Positions 44,098 to 44,452 of a DNA stretch of 44,452 nt are shown here, piece after piece. The notes under the pieces are model-generated. The model did not search any database. It saw only the letters and a program-made list of their open reading frames with translations, and was not told the DNA's origin. The position numbers and the translations under genes were made by a program. The stretch covers positions 7,616 through 52,067 of the forward strand of contig CAYOYS010000002.1 of the NCBI GenBank assembly GCA_964408255.1, given 5' to 3'. Position 1 is the first letter of the stretch; each line of letters opens with the position of its first letter. The stretch is from an uncultured Christensenellaceae bacterium. Lineage in GTDB: Bacteria; Bacillota; Clostridia; Christensenellales; CAG-1252.

Positions 44098-44101
44098 AAA
44101 T

Positions 44102-44107
44102 ACCTCC
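44102..44107 (-). promoter_or_regulatory. Shine-Dalgarno site of gene 1 (GGAGGT; GGAGG is 5 nt from the ATG)
   Basis: Plus-strand acctcc at 44102-44107. The minus strand reads CTGGAGGTATTTATG. Confidence 0.9.
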
Positions 44108-44139
44108 AGCCGACTCCCGTTAAGGAAAAAGCTACTACC

Positions 44140-44168
44140 ATTTTACTAAAGTAAATGATTAATGTCAA
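44140..44168 (-). promoter_or_regulatory. Near-consensus sigma-70/SigA promoter: -35 TTGACA (44168-44163), 17-nt spacer, -10 TAAAAT (44145-44140)
   Basis: The minus strand reads TTGACA-TTAATCATTTACTTTAG-TAAAAT-GGTAGTAG. The predicted TSS is ~44133, giving a ~35-40-nt leader to the ATG. The promoter lies in a visibly AT-rich 355-bp non-coding region. Confidence 0.65.
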
Positions 44169-44183
44169 TAGTTTTATACATAC

Positions 44184-44201
44184 ATATGCGCGCAAGCATA
44201 T
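44184..44201. promoter_or_regulatory. Inverted repeat ATATGC-N6-GCATAT with a GCGCGC core, 15 nt upstream of the -35
   Basis: atatgc at 44184-44189, gcgcaa at 44190-44195, gcatat at 44196-44201. It is the only GC island in the AT-rich leader region. Its position (about -50 to -70) suits an activator or operator site; function unknown. Confidence 0.3.
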
Positions 44202-44355
44202 AGAAAAAACAACCAAAAAAATAATTTTTTTATATTGCAAATTCAAAACAAAATTAAGCACAAGTAAAAAACAGCCCGATATTTAGGAATAAATTTGACA
44301 ACACTTTGATAACGCTCTATTTATATTCACAAGGCTTGCAAGTTTTCAATAAGGC

Positions 44356-44452
44356 ATGACAAAAGATAAAAATTTAATAATAGAAGTCGCAAATGTTATA
44401 AGTATAGCTTATGTATTATATTCAAAATTTTTAATACTTTTTTCAATATTTT
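44356..44452 (+). CDS. Tentative 5' end of a divergently oriented small or membrane protein ORF, running off the right edge (32 codons visible)
   Basis: Hand translation from ATG 44356 gives MTKDKNLIIEVANVISIAYVLYSKFLILFSIF..., open to the window end. It has a charged N-terminus followed by a hydrophobic helix. Staying open for 32 codons is mildly unexpected in such AT-rich, stop-prone sequence. A TTGACA lies at 44295-44300, upstream. Against the call: AAGG sits only 1-2 nt from the ATG, the -10 is weak, and the composition is very different from the giant genes. Confidence 0.25.
   Translation, partial: MTKDKNLIIEVANVISIAYVLYSKFLILFSIF

Noticed and set aside
44295-44323. A plus-strand promoter, TTGACA-17 nt-TATTTA, for a divergent gene.
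   Set aside because: The -35 is perfect but the -10 matches only 3 of 6 positions and lacks the invariant final T. That is not enough to call a feature, so it is mentioned only as context for the tentative edge ORF.
1-44452. tRNA, rRNA, transposase/IS ends, integrase, prophage or toxin-type catalytic domains.
   Set aside because: Nothing resembling them was seen on either strand. The window is filled by the two giant ORFs plus about 600 bp of non-coding DNA.

Overview
The 44.5-kb window is almost entirely two co-directional minus-strand giant genes. Gene 1 (44097..14887) is an uninterrupted 29,211-nt ORF of 9,736 aa. It has a near-consensus sigma-70/SigA-type promoter, a GGAGG RBS and a lipoprotein signal peptide (lipobox LVAC, Cys25). 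Most of it (aa ~30-7,070) is about 21 diverged copies of a ~270-aa module that I cannot assign to any family by eye. The module has two conserved anchors: 'L-x2-LL-x2-LG-x-[DN]...LP', and 'YY...LY-[IV]-D...G-[LI]-P-K-[LF]-K...DL-x2-LL'. Copies are separated by acidic Ala/Ser/Gly/Glu linkers, and small beta-sandwich-like domains are inserted in three of them. After the module array come ~20 Big_4-like Ig repeats with an 'IGN-x2-GGYQ' signature and three MBG-like C-terminal domains. There is no C-terminal wall or membrane anchor. Gene 2 (14645..1) is not in the supplied ORF track because it runs off the left edge; I found it by hand translation. It has at least 4,881 codons in the window, a signal peptide and at least 14 'cap + F-x-G-x-F-D-G-x-G-x-x-I + GLUG-motif' beta-helix-type cassettes. 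The 241-nt spacer between the genes holds three elements: a 5 x 35-bp tandem repeat that begins inside the last 10 codons of gene 1, so every unit re-encodes 'PFEIV[PS]-stop'; a composite stem-loop with no U-tract; and a perfect 12-bp palindrome next to the gene-2 RBS. I saw no rRNA, tRNA, CRISPR array, transposase or recognisable enzyme gene. All functional statements are inference. The taxon is unknown, although the lipobox, strong GGAGG sites and GLUG/Big_4/MBG content look Firmicutes-like.
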